This document shows, piece by piece, positions 25,431 to 38,342 of a stretch of 64,000 nucleotides of DNA. The notes under the pieces are model-generated. The model was not told where the DNA came from, searched no databases, and saw nothing but the letters and a program-made list of their open reading frames with translations. The translations under genes and the position numbers were made by a program. Location of the stretch: positions 19,036,001 to 19,100,000 of the forward strand of contig NC_087252.1 of the NCBI RefSeq assembly GCF_037042905.1, written 5' to 3'. Each line of letters starts with the position of its first letter. Within the stretch, counting starts at the first letter, position 1. Source of the DNA: Lytechinus pictus (Eukaryota).

Positions 25431-28400
25431 TGAATTGAGGGTGATTAAATTGGGCCACAAAGCTCCACTAATTAATTTGTTATTTGATGTATTACAAATT
25501 AAAACATTTTTATGTAATCACCGTAATAAAGCCTGTGATTTTTGGTGTTTTAATTCGGATTTGTATTTCCCCTTTGTTTTTTCATACACCATGTAAATAT
25601 TATATACATCTAGTTTCAGTAGCATCATGGTCAATAAAAAAGACATTTTTTTTAATACTAAAATTACATTTGTTCTTCTTTTTATTTCTTTTGAGGGGGA
25701 ATTAGATGGGTCGAGCTGAAACACTAAAGTGTGCGTTAAAATGCAAAATGTATTATCAAATCCATAATGTTGTTGTCCTGAACCCTTAGCCTTGCATTTG
25801 CAAAATAGCATGTTTCATACAACTCAAAATACAAATAATACACCCCAATACACACACATTCAAACAACCACTCCCCTCCACACACACATACACACCCTCT
25901 CAAGCGCTGGAAACAGCGCCTCACTTCTGATTATATTCATTTTCGTTTGATATACATATCAACGGATTTTTAATTCTCCTTTTTTGTCACATCATGGGCA
26001 CTGACGAAGAGTGTGACTTTACCTTTCATTTTTGAGAGCTATGCTCCTTTTAAAATCTACGATTTTATTTCCACGGCATTTACTAAACCTTTTGTGATTA
26101 TTATATATATATATATATATATTCATTTGATATGAATTTCCCATAGTATGTTTATAATAGATTACCATGAAGAAGGCATAGCAAACATTCATATTTCAAA
26201 TAGGAGATGGGTATTTAGTTCACAAATTTAACGTTGTTATCTGTGACTGTTACTTTGAACTGCAGCAATATACTTCTCATAACTACATTTTTTTATGTTA
26301 AATGAGCAACAGTCATTTCTATTAATTTATGTAAACATCAATATTAGGTGTCGTACATATTGCGTTAGATCAGAAAGCTACATTTGAATATTATTTCCGG
26401 GGCGGTTGTTTTTGGTTGAAAGAGAAATAAGTGATAAAAAGAATGACCCTATCTGCTAAATTTTGAAATTTTAAACATACTTTTATGCGATGAGGTGAGG
26501 TAGTCCGATCCTAAGGAATTTAGACATTTTTACCCAAAACTAATCTGATATCAGATGATCTTAGATTTCATCACGAGTTGTTAAATCGTTATAATTTTAG
26601 TGCGATAACGTAAAATATTCCATAGAGCAAACATTACAGGATGAGAACATTTATTGCAGGTAAAGTTTGATCAATTTTTTTTTCAAATTATCATGCATTT
26701 ATTGTGTGATAATTACATGCATTTTCCCATGTTTGGTTAAGGAAATGGTCTTTCAATCATTAACTCAATTGATTTACAGCCTCTCCCTCTAGCCCGCAAA
26801 TAATAAATGCAATTCAAAATACACCATATAATCAAAAGAAGTGTGGAGGTATTTGAATACAGGTGTTAATAAGAATTCAAACGCAACAGTTATTCGCAAT
26901 CACACAGTATTACGCCTTATGCCAACAATACAGCAACAGAATGCATTTCGTCACACAACACCTATCAACAATCTGGTTGTTTTAGTCAGTTAATCAATTC
27001 TTTTCCTGCGACAAACCAGTTTACTCTTGATCCCGAAGCCAGCTCTCCTTGCCATTCTTTTCCTTATACATGTTATAGATTCTTACGAGAGCGTTTCGTC
27101 TATGTTAAAAAAAAGTTTATTAACAGATTTGTGATATATTCTCTCTAAATTCTGTAGATTTGAAAGTCAATCCAAAAGACTGTGGTCAGGGACCAATCCC
27201 AAATTGGATGGAAATATTTGATCGAAAAAAAAATTAATTCTAAGTCTATCAAACTGAAAAATTCAATCAAATTTTTGATTGGGCCCAGCTCGCAACCTAA
27301 TTCAGTCTAAAGAGTTTAGAGAGTTCACCCTTCTCAACATGATACTAGTCTGCAGGCACAGACCCTTAATTTGCAATTCGCATAGTGCATAATGCAGTCT
27401 GAAGTAGTGAGACTAGATTCAATATGTACTCTAGCTGGCTCTACAGACAGAGTCTTTGGAGTCTAGTCTTGACTCTGGACATGTTATTGGTATTGGTGAC
27501 TGCAGACTATTTGATACAGTCACACCAACGAAATCGTTCAAAACCGATCGATTGTATGTCACTGGAAATAACGTAATACATTTCGGGGTCTTGAAATCGT
27601 TTCGCCTGTGTTTCTGTGGCATAGAAATCACATTGATATCATAAATCCTGGCTGGCTTCTTATCAACTGATGGCGCTCTTTCATAAAATCAAATATACAC
27701 CCCTACGGCAAACTATGGACTCTCGGCTAATTTTGCCTAATCGATAACTTTATACAGGGTGCTCCAAATCTTTTCCTATGCAACCATTTTTTATTATTAT
27801 TCACCTTTTGCACCAACCGTTTTCTGAGTGCAAGTGACCTTTTTAAAACTACCCAATCAACACAACTAGTATTACTTATTTAATAATGTTATATGTCGCC
27901 TAGACCAATCAGGTGCAGCAATTGCCTGAAAGTGACCTGATAGAGACTGGAGCGATATATATCTCTGGACATTTGTAGGTCTTTGAAACAGTTAACTTCT
28001 GCATGTCTTACATGGCTAGGTTAGTCTTAATCAGCTATTTATTATCATATAGGTAAACACCTGTTTGTTTTGGACGTTTAGTTTACCATGCACATATATA
28101 AAAACATAAAAAACAGTATCCGGACATTAATATGTAGTATTTGGATGTGTGTATATCTGTAGGAAATTTACTAGAATCCAGTACCACATGCTGTCTATAT
28201 TCTCAAAGATATTTATTCCAATTCTTGAGGAGATTGTAATATAAACTAAACTTTGTTTCAGTGTAATATATTATCGTCAACGGAAATTCGTATCAAGTTT
28301 CAATTTCAAACCGCCGACTCCCACCTGCACTTAATCAAATAAAGTTGTAGATATTCAAATGCAGTCTTGCATTTTTATCTTTATAAAATGTAAACAAAGA

Positions 28401-29439
28401 CCATGAACCCGCTGATAATAAAGCAATGAAACTGTGTTTACAGTGTTCCTATATGACTCGTATAAATATCATTTCGAAAACTATCAATAGCGGCATTATG
28501 ATATCAGTTTATTGATAAGGTAAATTGCCTTGTTTTTTAGTTGGTGATGCGATTTTTATTGTTATCAAACAGTGTTGAAATTTTACTGCACACACACTAT
28601 GTACAATAGAAGAGGCGGCGCCATAATGTTTTGTTAGTGGGGGCGAAATGACCTACATGACGTCATATTTTTTTATTCATTGAATAATAGGAATAATATA
28701 GATTTACACGACTTACTATATACGTCTCATTTATTTTTTTTTCTTATTCCTCATTCTATCCCTTTCTCCCGTTTTGTTCATTTTAATTACTGTTTTTCAC
28801 TATTAAAAAATAAAATCATAGGGATGGTCACCCCCCCCCCCCCCGGTCCACCCGTCGCAACACTTCTTTGTGTAGGGCATATGCGTTATCTTTTGTAATC
28901 TTCCGAAACATGATCATGTTTTATGTACACGCTCTAATCTTCAATTTCATAAAGATGTCATAAGAATTTGATTTGCCTTTATTCACTCATATTTTCTTAC
29001 TGGTGGCGCTCTTATATATACCGGGACGGGTACTGTAGGAAAAGGGCGGACTTTCATGAAGTAAATCAATTGTAACTACTGATCTTATTTGCAATGTGCA
29101 CCAGTCAAAGAACTTGTATCACTTCACGAATGCGAATTGACTGACATTGCTTAATATTCAGCTAGGTTTCTCATAGCACATTTAATCCCAATGTTCGATT
29201 ACCTTGCTTGCTAAACAGGTACACTTTTACAAGGCTTTGTTTGAAATAGAGTGATGTCGTTACATTCACTACCAATATATTGACAAAGCGGGGTCCGGTA
29301 AGGTAAAAAAAAAAAATAAAGCGAAGAAAAGAATAGAGGGTGCCGAATAAGGTAAAAGAATATTGGGTTTCGGAATGAAAAAAAGGTGATTTCGACGAAA
29401 TCAGAGAAAAGAGAGTGACAAACGAAACAGTATACATGT

Positions 29440-30880
29440 AAGGTAGGGTGACGAAACCAGAGAAAAGAGAGTAACGAACAAGACAGTAGAAGGTAGGGTG
29501 ACGAAACCAGAGAAAAGAGGGTGACGAACAAGACAGTTTAAATTAGGGTGACGAACAGGACAGTACAAGGTAGGGTGACGAAACTTTAGAAAAGATAGTG
29601 ACGAACAAGACAGTAAAAGGTAGGGTGACAAAACCAGAGAAAAGAGAGTAACGAACAAGACAGTAAAAGGTAGGGTGATGAAACGAGAGAAAAGAGGGTG
29701 ACGAACAGGACAGTACAAGGTAGGGTGACGAAATCAGGTAAAAAAGAGTGTAACGAACAAGACAGTAGAAAGTAGGGTGACGAAACCAGAGAAAAGAGGG
29801 TAAAAAAAAAAACAGTAGAAGGTAAGGTGATGAAACCAGAGAAAAGAGAGTGACGAACAAGACAGTAGAAGGTAGGATGACGAAACCAGGAAAAAGAGAG
29901 TGATAAACAAGACAGTAGAAGGTAGGGTGACGAAACCAGAAAAAATACAGTGCAGAACAAGAAGGTAGAAGGTAGGATGACGAAACCAGAGAAAAGACAG
30001 TAACGAACAGGACAGTAGAAAGTAGGGTGACGAAACCAGAGAAAAGAGAGTAACGAACAAGACAGTAGAAGGTAGGGTGATGAAACCCGAGAAAATAGAG
30101 TAACGAACAAGACAGTAGAAGGTAAGGTAATGAAACCAGAGAAAGAGAGTGACGAACAAGACAGTAGAAGGTAGGGTGATGAAACCAGAGAAAAGAGAGT
30201 AACGAGCAAGACAGTAGAAAGGAGGAGGACGAAACCAGAGAAAAGAGGGTGACGAACAGGACAGTACAAGGTAGGGTGATGAAACCAGAGAAAAGAGGGT
30301 AACAAAAAAAACAGTAGAAGGTAAGGTGATGAAACCAGAGAAAAAGAGAGTAACGAACAAGACAGTAGAAGGTAGGGTGATGAAACCAGAGAAAGAGAGT
30401 GACTAACGGGACAGTACAAGGTAGGGTGACGAGAACAGATAAAAGAGAGTGACAAACAAGACAGTAGAAGGTAGGGTGATGAAACCAGAGAAAAGAGAGT
30501 AACAAATAAGACAGTAGAAGGTAGGGTGACAAAACCAGAGAAAAGAGAGTGAAGAATAAGACAGTAGAAGTTAGGGTGATGAAACCAGATAAAAGAGAGT
30601 AACGAACAAGACAGTAGAAGGTAGGGTGACGAAACCAGAGAAATGAGAGTAACGAACAAGACTCTAGAAGGTAGGGGGCAAAACCAGAGTAAGAGAGTGA
30701 CAAAGAAAATAGTAGAAGGTAGGGTGACGAAACCAGATGAAAAAGATGGTAGATTGGTGAAACCAGATAAAAGAGAGTGACAAACGAGACAGCGGGCGGT
30801 AGGCTGATGAATAGAGAGAGTAAAGACAGTAAGGTCTGGTGACGTCATGAGGCAAAAGAGGGTAACGAACAAGATAACAA
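29440..30880. repeat. 50-bp minisatellite, array 3 (longest)
   Basis: Same consensus, decaying towards the 3' end. Confidence 0.95.
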
Positions 30881-32811
30881 AAGGTGGGATGACTAAACTA
30901 TCTCTTTAGGATCCAAATTGCGGTTCAAACAGATAAGGCCTACAAGGAATAAAAATCGATACTTACTACTTCAATCACAGATCCACCGTCAACACAGCAA
31001 AGCTGGACACTCCAGTTGGCCGCCATTTTAACCTCCCCAACCACTCCATCACTGACATGATGCTACAGGGCATCGAATCTTTAGGTACCCGTCCTGGCTC
31101 AGTCCGTACTAGCAGGGAGAAGCTCTGGATGAGACGACTTCGCACCACCCAACCTCATGGCCTGAACATCCAAGAGGGGAACGACTGATTTTTCTTTGCT
31201 ATCCACTTTCAATTTATATATACATATAATTTTTCCCCTCAGCTCTTTTGAATAGTTACATTATAGTTTCTTACTCTACTTTCCTCCCATATCTCATACA
31301 AGCTCAGCTCCAATTTTTCCTTCCTTATTCAGGCGATATAATAATTATTATATATATATATATATATATATTTGTTTTTTCTCCACTCACCTCTTTTAGA
31401 TTTACCACATTTGCTTATTTACGTGTATACTATGGTTTCTTCATAATACACCACCTCTCTTCTATATTTGCTTTTACCTGTTTAGGCAATTTGCTTCCTC
31501 TTTTTCACATATACAGGTGGTTTTTTTTTTTCTCTCTCTCCTTTTTTTTTCCTACTATATAGTCTTATGTTTTTTTCCCGTCACACCTAGCGGATTACAA
31601 TATCAGTTACACCATATGTGTATTTATATATTTTTTCATATACATTTCTTTTTTGGATATATTTATATACATATCACTTATAGATACATATTTACACTTA
31701 CCTTCTTCTCTTCGATTTTGAATCTTGATTCATTTATATCATCATGTGCATAGAAATGTTTGACCTTTTGTATTACAATTGCTTAGTTTTATTGACGTAG
31801 TCATTCACATGATTAACACAAGCTCTTTTGATAAAAATATAAATTATAATCATGTTAATCATGGTACATTTATTTTAGACCAATGGGGGAAAGAACCTGG
31901 TCATTTCAGATGATTTTTTTTTCTTTGCATTTTTAACTTTTCTGTTTACAAATACGAAGGATGTTAAAGTAATAACCATTCTTTTTGTTGCTAACTGTAT
32001 TGGACAGAAGATGTAAGCTAGTTCAATGATAAATTGAGTTAGATTTATTTACTAAATCTACTGTATGAAAATGACCTGCAGCCAGTAGAGCATTCTTTTT
32101 GTCTAAATAATTTATCCGGTAAATGAAACATGATAAACGATGTGTTTTATAGGTGTCGGTCAAATTTTGAAATTGGTTCCTAACTTCGTGTTATATATTT
32201 ATAAATATATCTTTTTTTAGAGTTCAAACAGAAATATAGATTGTATTAAACTCTGGATTTTTTTTTTTTAATCTTTGAGTTTTATTTTTGAAGAATAAAA
32301 ACAAATCTTTACTGATCACAATCATAAGTGTACATTGCTGTTTTAAGGTCAAAAGAGGAAAGAACTTTGAAGTTTTGTCATGTAGGTTTACTCTGTTCAC
32401 TGAGGACGTATATAGGACATGATTATTTGTAAAAGCAGTAACCATTCTACATAAGAAAAAGATAGCTTTAGTTGATTTGTTTTTGACAAATCAACTATGA
32501 TTAATGTACAGTGTAACATGATCTGGATCTCAGACGATCATTCTTTTTATTCATCAATTCAGCGGTATTTTGATCAAGCCAAACAAATTGTATACCAGGT
32601 GTAAGAGTAGAAGTTTTATTTAAATGTACGAACACCATAACTACATTCGAATGCCTTTTCACCTTCTTTCAGTTTTCTGGGAAGCATGCCCTGAATAATT
32701 TGAATTTGTGTCATTCCTTATTCTATTCTATATATGGGAGGCTTCCCAGCTTGTTTTATTCACGGGAGCTCACCCAACTCTTTTATGCTTATTTAGTACA
32801 AAAATTTTACG

Positions 32812-35800
32812 ATGCAATTGACATCGTATATAATTGCCAATGTTTACCTGATGACTTTTCATGTGTTTGTGCTCCTTTTCTTCATAGGAATGTGTATACC
32901 GGTAACCAGTTTTTCTTTGTCCAATTATTATTCTCTCCAGGTCCTTGCCTCGCTGACACTCAGAGCACGCGGTCTCGTCGGTCTCTTCAGGAAGCGACTC
33001 TTTTGCATTTCGTGTTTTTCTCTTTCTATTCCCAGTGATTGAAAACTTCCCCTTTTCAGTGTTGAATGATGATGAGTTTTACAATTTGTTTAGGCCGAAC
33101 AACGAAACCCAAAATACTAACAACAATTCTTCTTTTGAAAATCTCGTATCAATGGAAATGAATTTAGCTGCAGATTTAAATGAAAATAACGACTATAATT
33201 ATCCAAGTTCGAATTACTTTACAATAAATCAATTTAATTCTCTTGATAAATCTACAAATACACTTTCAATAATGCACATGAATATAAGGAGCTTGAACTC
33301 TAATTTCGACAATTTACGCCTTTTATCCGATTCATCTTCACAAACCAAAATGTCCATAATCGCGCTAACTGAGACATGGTTATCACAGGAATCTGATGGT
33401 TTATACTCACTTCCTGATTACACATTTGTAGAAAACCATAGGGGTAATAGACGGGGAGGAGGGGTAGGTATCTATATCAATGAACAACTAGAATATTTTA
33501 CTCACAATGATCTTAATTGTATGAATGAAATTGCTGAATCTCTTATCATTGAACTTCGGGTACCAAACTCTAGAAACATAATGATCGCAGTATTTTATAG
33601 ACCTCCTAACTCCAACACAAATAATTTTTTTGAATACTTGCAAGACTTTCTACAAAATCCGGTTTTTTATAATAAAGATTGTTATGTGGTAGGTGACTTT
33701 AATATAGACATATCTAAATCTAATCACAATAGGTCACATGAATTTTTGGATATCATGCTTTCATCATCCTTTTTACCATTGATAACAAAACCCACTAGGG
33801 TTACTAACCAATCTGCAACCCTTATTGATAATATTTTTTGTAATGTTTCTCCTCTACCCGAGTCTGGAATAATTTTATCTGATATTTCTGACCATTTCCC
33901 GATATTTTCAAGAACTCCGTTTAGGTTAGCAAAAAAAGATACCCCGCAACATAAATTCCGACGACTAACACCAAATAATTTACAGAGCTTAAAAGATGGT
34001 CTTGAAGACGCGGATTGGTCTGAGGCATTCAGTTCTCAAGATAGATACAAATACAGCATATAATATATTTATGAAAATGTTTACTTTAAATTTAGATAGA
34101 CATGTACCATTGGTCAGTAAATGTAATAATTATAAAAAGAGCCCAAGACTTCCTTGGATATCGAAATCAATATTACGATCAATAAATCGCAAAAATAACT
34201 TATACTATGCCGATAAAATTAATCGCTCAGAAAAGTCACATCGTAAATATACTACATATAAAAATACCCTCACTAAATTATTGCGGAGTGAAAAACGAAA
34301 ATATTTCACAAATCAATTAATTCGTTTCAAACACGACATCAATAAAACATGGAAAACAATAAACACTGCCATAAATAAACAAAGCACAAAAGCACGCATA
34401 AAAACAATAAAGCACAATAATGTTGAAATTCATGATTCTTTTCGTATAGCTGATATATTTAATCAATACTTTACACAAATTGGAAAAAGTCTTGCAGACA
34501 ATATACCATTAACACAAAAAAAATTACAGATTTCATTCACCAACCAAACCCTAATTCTTTATTTTTAGTACCAGTACATAGAAATGAAATAATAGATATA
34601 GTGAACAACTTAAAAAACAAAAAAAGCTGTGGTCACGATGGTATTGACAATATTTTATTAAAGAATGTTATAGAATATATTGTTGATCCATTAGTATACA
34701 TATTCAACCTTTCTTTAAGTAATGGCGTCGTGCCTGACAATATGAAAATATCAAAGATAATACCAGTGCACAAAAAAGGAGAAAAGATTAATGTATGTAA
34801 CTATAGACCGATAGCTTTATTACCTACTTTGTCTAAAGTTATGGAAAGGGTGATCTACACAAGATTATTAAATTTTTTGAATAAATATAATATAATCTCT
34901 GATTTTCAATTTGGATTTCGCCAAAAACATAGTACATCTCATGCCACTCTCTCATTTATTGACAAAATCACAAAAGCTATTGACAACTTTGAACATACAA
35001 TAGGTGTTTTTCTGGACCTCTCCAAGGCCTTTGACACTATAAATCATGAAATACTGCTCTACAAACTTGAAAATTACGGAGTTCGTGGGAAGGCCTTGGA
35101 GTGGTTCAGAAACTACCTCGTAAATCGTAAACAATTCGTAAGCATAAATGAACAAAATTCTTCTCTACAAAATTTAACCGGGGTGTTCCCCAAGGCAGCC
35201 TCCTGGGCCCTCTTTTATTTATAATCTATATAAATGACATTCAGAACTCCTCTGAAATATTATCTTATGTCCTTTTTGCAGATGATTCAAATGTACTATA
35301 CTCTCATCCTAACCCCGATATTTTAATAAATGTACTTAACACTGAACTGGATAAATTGGTAAAATGGATTAGGGCTAACAAATTGTCAATTAATGTACAA
35401 AAAAACGAAATGCATGCTTTTTAGCAATTCTTTAGAACAATTGCCATCTAATATCAAATTGGACAATAAAGACATTGAAGTTGTTACTACAACAAAATTT
35501 TTAGGTCTCATAATAGACAACAAATTATCTTGGAAAACACACATTGACTTTATATGTCGTACAATTTCACGCAATATTGGTGTTATTAACAAAGTCAAAT
35601 TTTTTCTTCCAACTTCCTCCCTAAAAATGCTTTATTCAACATTAATTTTACCATATTTAAATTATGGAGCAATTGTTTGGGGAAATACACACTCAACCTA
35701 CCTTGATAGAATATTACTTTTACAAAAGAAGGCATTGCGTGTTATTTTCAACTTGTCCTGGAGATCTCACACAGATGAGTTGTTTTTTAACAACAACATT

Positions 35801-36560
35801 CTAAAAATAAAAACACTGTACCAATATAACTTAGGTCAATTCATGTATCAGTTAAACAATAATATGTTACCATTCATATTTAATTCTTCATTTAACAAAA
35901 ACAAAACTCTTCACAAATATCCCACACGTCAATCAGATGAATTCCATTTACCACTACCCCGGACCATCCTTGCAAAATCTATTTTTACTTTTGAAGGCCC
36001 TAGACTCTGGGGAACTATTAATAAAAACATCAAAGAATCACCAAGCCTTAATTCTTTCAAATATAAGTTCAAAAAAATTCCCCAAGATAACTATTGAATT
36101 TAACTCTTCCTCACTCAAACTCTTGTATTTTTTTTATAAATCAAACATGATTATCATGTCATGTACGCTTTTACATCTCTTTCGTTTTCCTGTCGATCAA
36201 CGAGGTCCGTCTATGAGTGCTGGGGCTGGATTCTGGAGACCTTTAATCTCTCTTTTTCTTATTTCCTTTTCTATTCTAATTTCCCCTATTTCCTTTTAAT
36301 TTAACTGGTTCATGCTCTAGTTGTTATTTTGATTTTTATATGTTATGCAACTACAAGAATATTTATTAGGAGGCTGCACTCTACAAGCTCCGCTTTTTAG
36401 CAGCCTCCTCCATTTCCAACCTGATATGTAATAATCTTGAATATAATTTTTGTACAGGAATACTTGAAATATGTTTTGTTATTTATATGTTAAAATGTAC
36501 AAAATAAACTGTAATTGTTGAAAATGGAAATAAACGAAATGAAATGAAATGAAATGAAAT
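32812..36560 (+). mobile_element. CR1/L2-group non-LTR retrotransposon, near full-length ORF2 with frameshifts
   Basis: APE endonuclease (HMNIRSL, LTETWL, GGGVGIY, YRPP, GDFNID, PTRVT, LIDNIF, SDHFPI); RT (NYRPIALLP, QFGFR, FLDLSKAFDT, GVPQGSLLGP, YIND, LFADD). Frameshifts near 34040, 34520, 35180, 35400. (GAAAT)n tail at ~36527-36560. The 5' boundary is uncertain and may extend to ~31715. Confidence 0.93.
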
Positions 36561-36982
36561 AGTTTATTTAATGCTTTATCATATATACTTATATGTCTTT
36601 TGCACATTATCAGTTGTTCCCCATTCTTTTCCTTTTTTCCCCCACTCTTATGCACCAGTTTATTAAGCCTTTCTTTGTAACCTGTTTGACCCACCTCTCA
36701 CTTATTCTCTTGTTTTTCATCCCATTATCACTGTTTTGTTCCAGATCCTGTTTGATGTTGCCTGCCTCATTATTTTAATCCCTCTTGGCTTGAGGTCTTT
36801 TACTGGCCTTACTTACACTAACTTCCCTTTGTGTCTGCCTACTCCTTTTCTTTCATCCCCTTCACTAACCTGATTGGTCTTCTCTACTCACTAATGCCCC
36901 TTTTGTCTCATTGTTTCTAGTGTTGCTGTAGCTTGTTTGTGGTCTATATTATGGTTGTTCCACTTTATATGTTTGTCATTTT

Positions 36983-37021
36983 GCCTCCGACGAAGATTCT
37001 GCTAGGATCGAAAGCTTAGGC
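36983..37021 (+). ncRNA. Minimal type I hammerhead ribozyme variant (Penelope-associated)
   Basis: GCCT-CCGACGAA-GATTCT gct AGGATC-GAAA-GC-TT-AGGC: stem I GCCT/AGGC, stem II, GAAA, palindromic AGCT stem III. The core has C in place of U4. Confidence 0.6.
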
Positions 37022-37593
37022 CCCTTTTTTACTTTCTAATTTACTTCAATTAGTCTTAAATGTGAGGAATAAGAACAACTACGAATAAAGCCCAGACAAA
37101 TTTTTAAAATTCAAATTCAATTTTGATAAACGAATATGAATATCGTCACAAAAGGTATTTATAATCACATTCATAATATATGTTAAGCAAATACGACCCA
37201 ACATTACAAGATAATAGCGGATATGAATATGACATTATATAAATATTTTCATGAATGAAATTCAAATAGAAAAGTAAATGTTGACGGCTATACAAATCAT
37301 CTCATCCCTAAAAATACAATAGGCTATGTTACTCTCAAAATAAAAAAATAAAAACAAAAATAAAAAATACATGTATCACTCTACTAGGTAATACCTGTGG
37401 CATGAAAGTATGAAACGACCCATATTTAACCAGAGTACTAGTCAATGCTAAAGTAATCCATAAAACTTATCTGCGACATGATGAGCAAATATAAAAACAA
37501 TATAATATTATAGTAACTAATGGAATACAGCACAAATATTTGTATTTATAACTCTATATCGTATCATTCTTTTAAGCAATACGACTTCTTATA

Positions 37594-37861
37594 CAGTGCG
37601 TCCCAGAAAAAAACGAAACCGAGATTAAGCGATGATTTATCATAACTTAATCACAAATACAATAGACAAATGACCTACCAATGTAAAGCTTAGAATCTCT
37701 TTTTTCATCTGATATTACTTAGATTATTCCCCATTCATGCATTTCAGATGGAAGAGGAGATTCTAAGCTTTACAATGGTAGGTTATTTGTCTATTGTATT
37801 TGTGATTAAGTTACGATAAATCATCGATACATCTCGGTTTCGTTTTTTGTGAGACGCACTG
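37594..37861. mobile_element. Tc1/mariner-type MITE
   Basis: TA|CAGTGCGTCCCAGAAAAAAACGAAACCGAGAT...ATCTCGGTTTCGTTTTTTGTGAGACGCACTG|TA; ~105-bp TIRs. Confidence 0.88.
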
Positions 37862-38342
37862 TATATGTACGTATATTTGCATTGGTTAAACGTAGACAAT
37901 CGTATAACAATTGCATACCTTTCCATTGGAACTCAATGACACTGTAGGATATCATTGTCATCGGTGAAAATAGTGCTTCCTTCTTGGTTTTGGTTCAGTC
38001 CTCATTAGTTCATATTAAAAAAAATCATTGTCGCTTTCACAACATCCCAAAATAGCTCTCGACTAATTCTGTTAAGAATGCGAGTTCCGCGCATTCTCCC
38101 TCCGGAGGATGAAAATCTCGCCCTCAAAAGAGTGGGATAGTTCCACTCTGAGGAGGAAGTGACAAGGGACCGAGTAGCTCTTTTGTTAAAAGCATGGGTT
38201 TTTTTTTACTTGAAAGAACATTACCCTCTAGCGATTATTTCATTCCGCAATAATGAACCTATTTAGTATTAAGAACATTATTGTTTAATGTTATTTATCA
38301 AATGGAAGGAACGTCTCGGAACAAGTTTTATCTTTGATATAA

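Larger units (their letters stand above)
12460..30880. repeat. Tandem segmental triplication of a ~4.3-5.4 kb non-coding unit
   Basis: Copy 1 ~12460-21140 (with insertions), copy 2 ~21141-25430, copy 3 ~25470-30880. Shared anchors: attcatttgatatga at ~15385/21207/26121, gatactagtctgcaggcacaga at ~17020/22424/27341, gatttcgacgaaatcagag at ~20456/24488/29388. Confidence 0.92.
30973..37040 (+). mobile_element. 5'-truncated Penelope-like retroelement (GIY-YIG C-terminus and 3' region), interrupted by a LINE
   Basis: 30973-31188 encodes NHRSTVNTAKLDTPVGRHFNLPNHSITDMMLQGIESL...REKLWMRRLRTTQPHGLNIQEGND*, typical of the PLE GIY-YIG tail (HF, RE..W...L.T..P.GLN). Pyrimidine-rich sequence continues to ~31715 and resumes at ~36560, ending just after a hammerhead motif. 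Continuity across the LINE is inferred. Confidence 0.8.

Noticed and set aside
25996..26050. CTGACGAAGAG as a second hammerhead core
   Set aside because: No stem II closure or GAAA follows.
20469..30872. Long hydrophobic minus-strand ORFs (142-428 aa) resembling membrane proteins
   Set aside because: They are translations of the 50-bp minisatellite; the same peptides appear in all three frames.
20510..30880. CRISPR-like appearance of the regular repeats
   Set aside because: No unique spacers, no cas genes, eukaryotic context.
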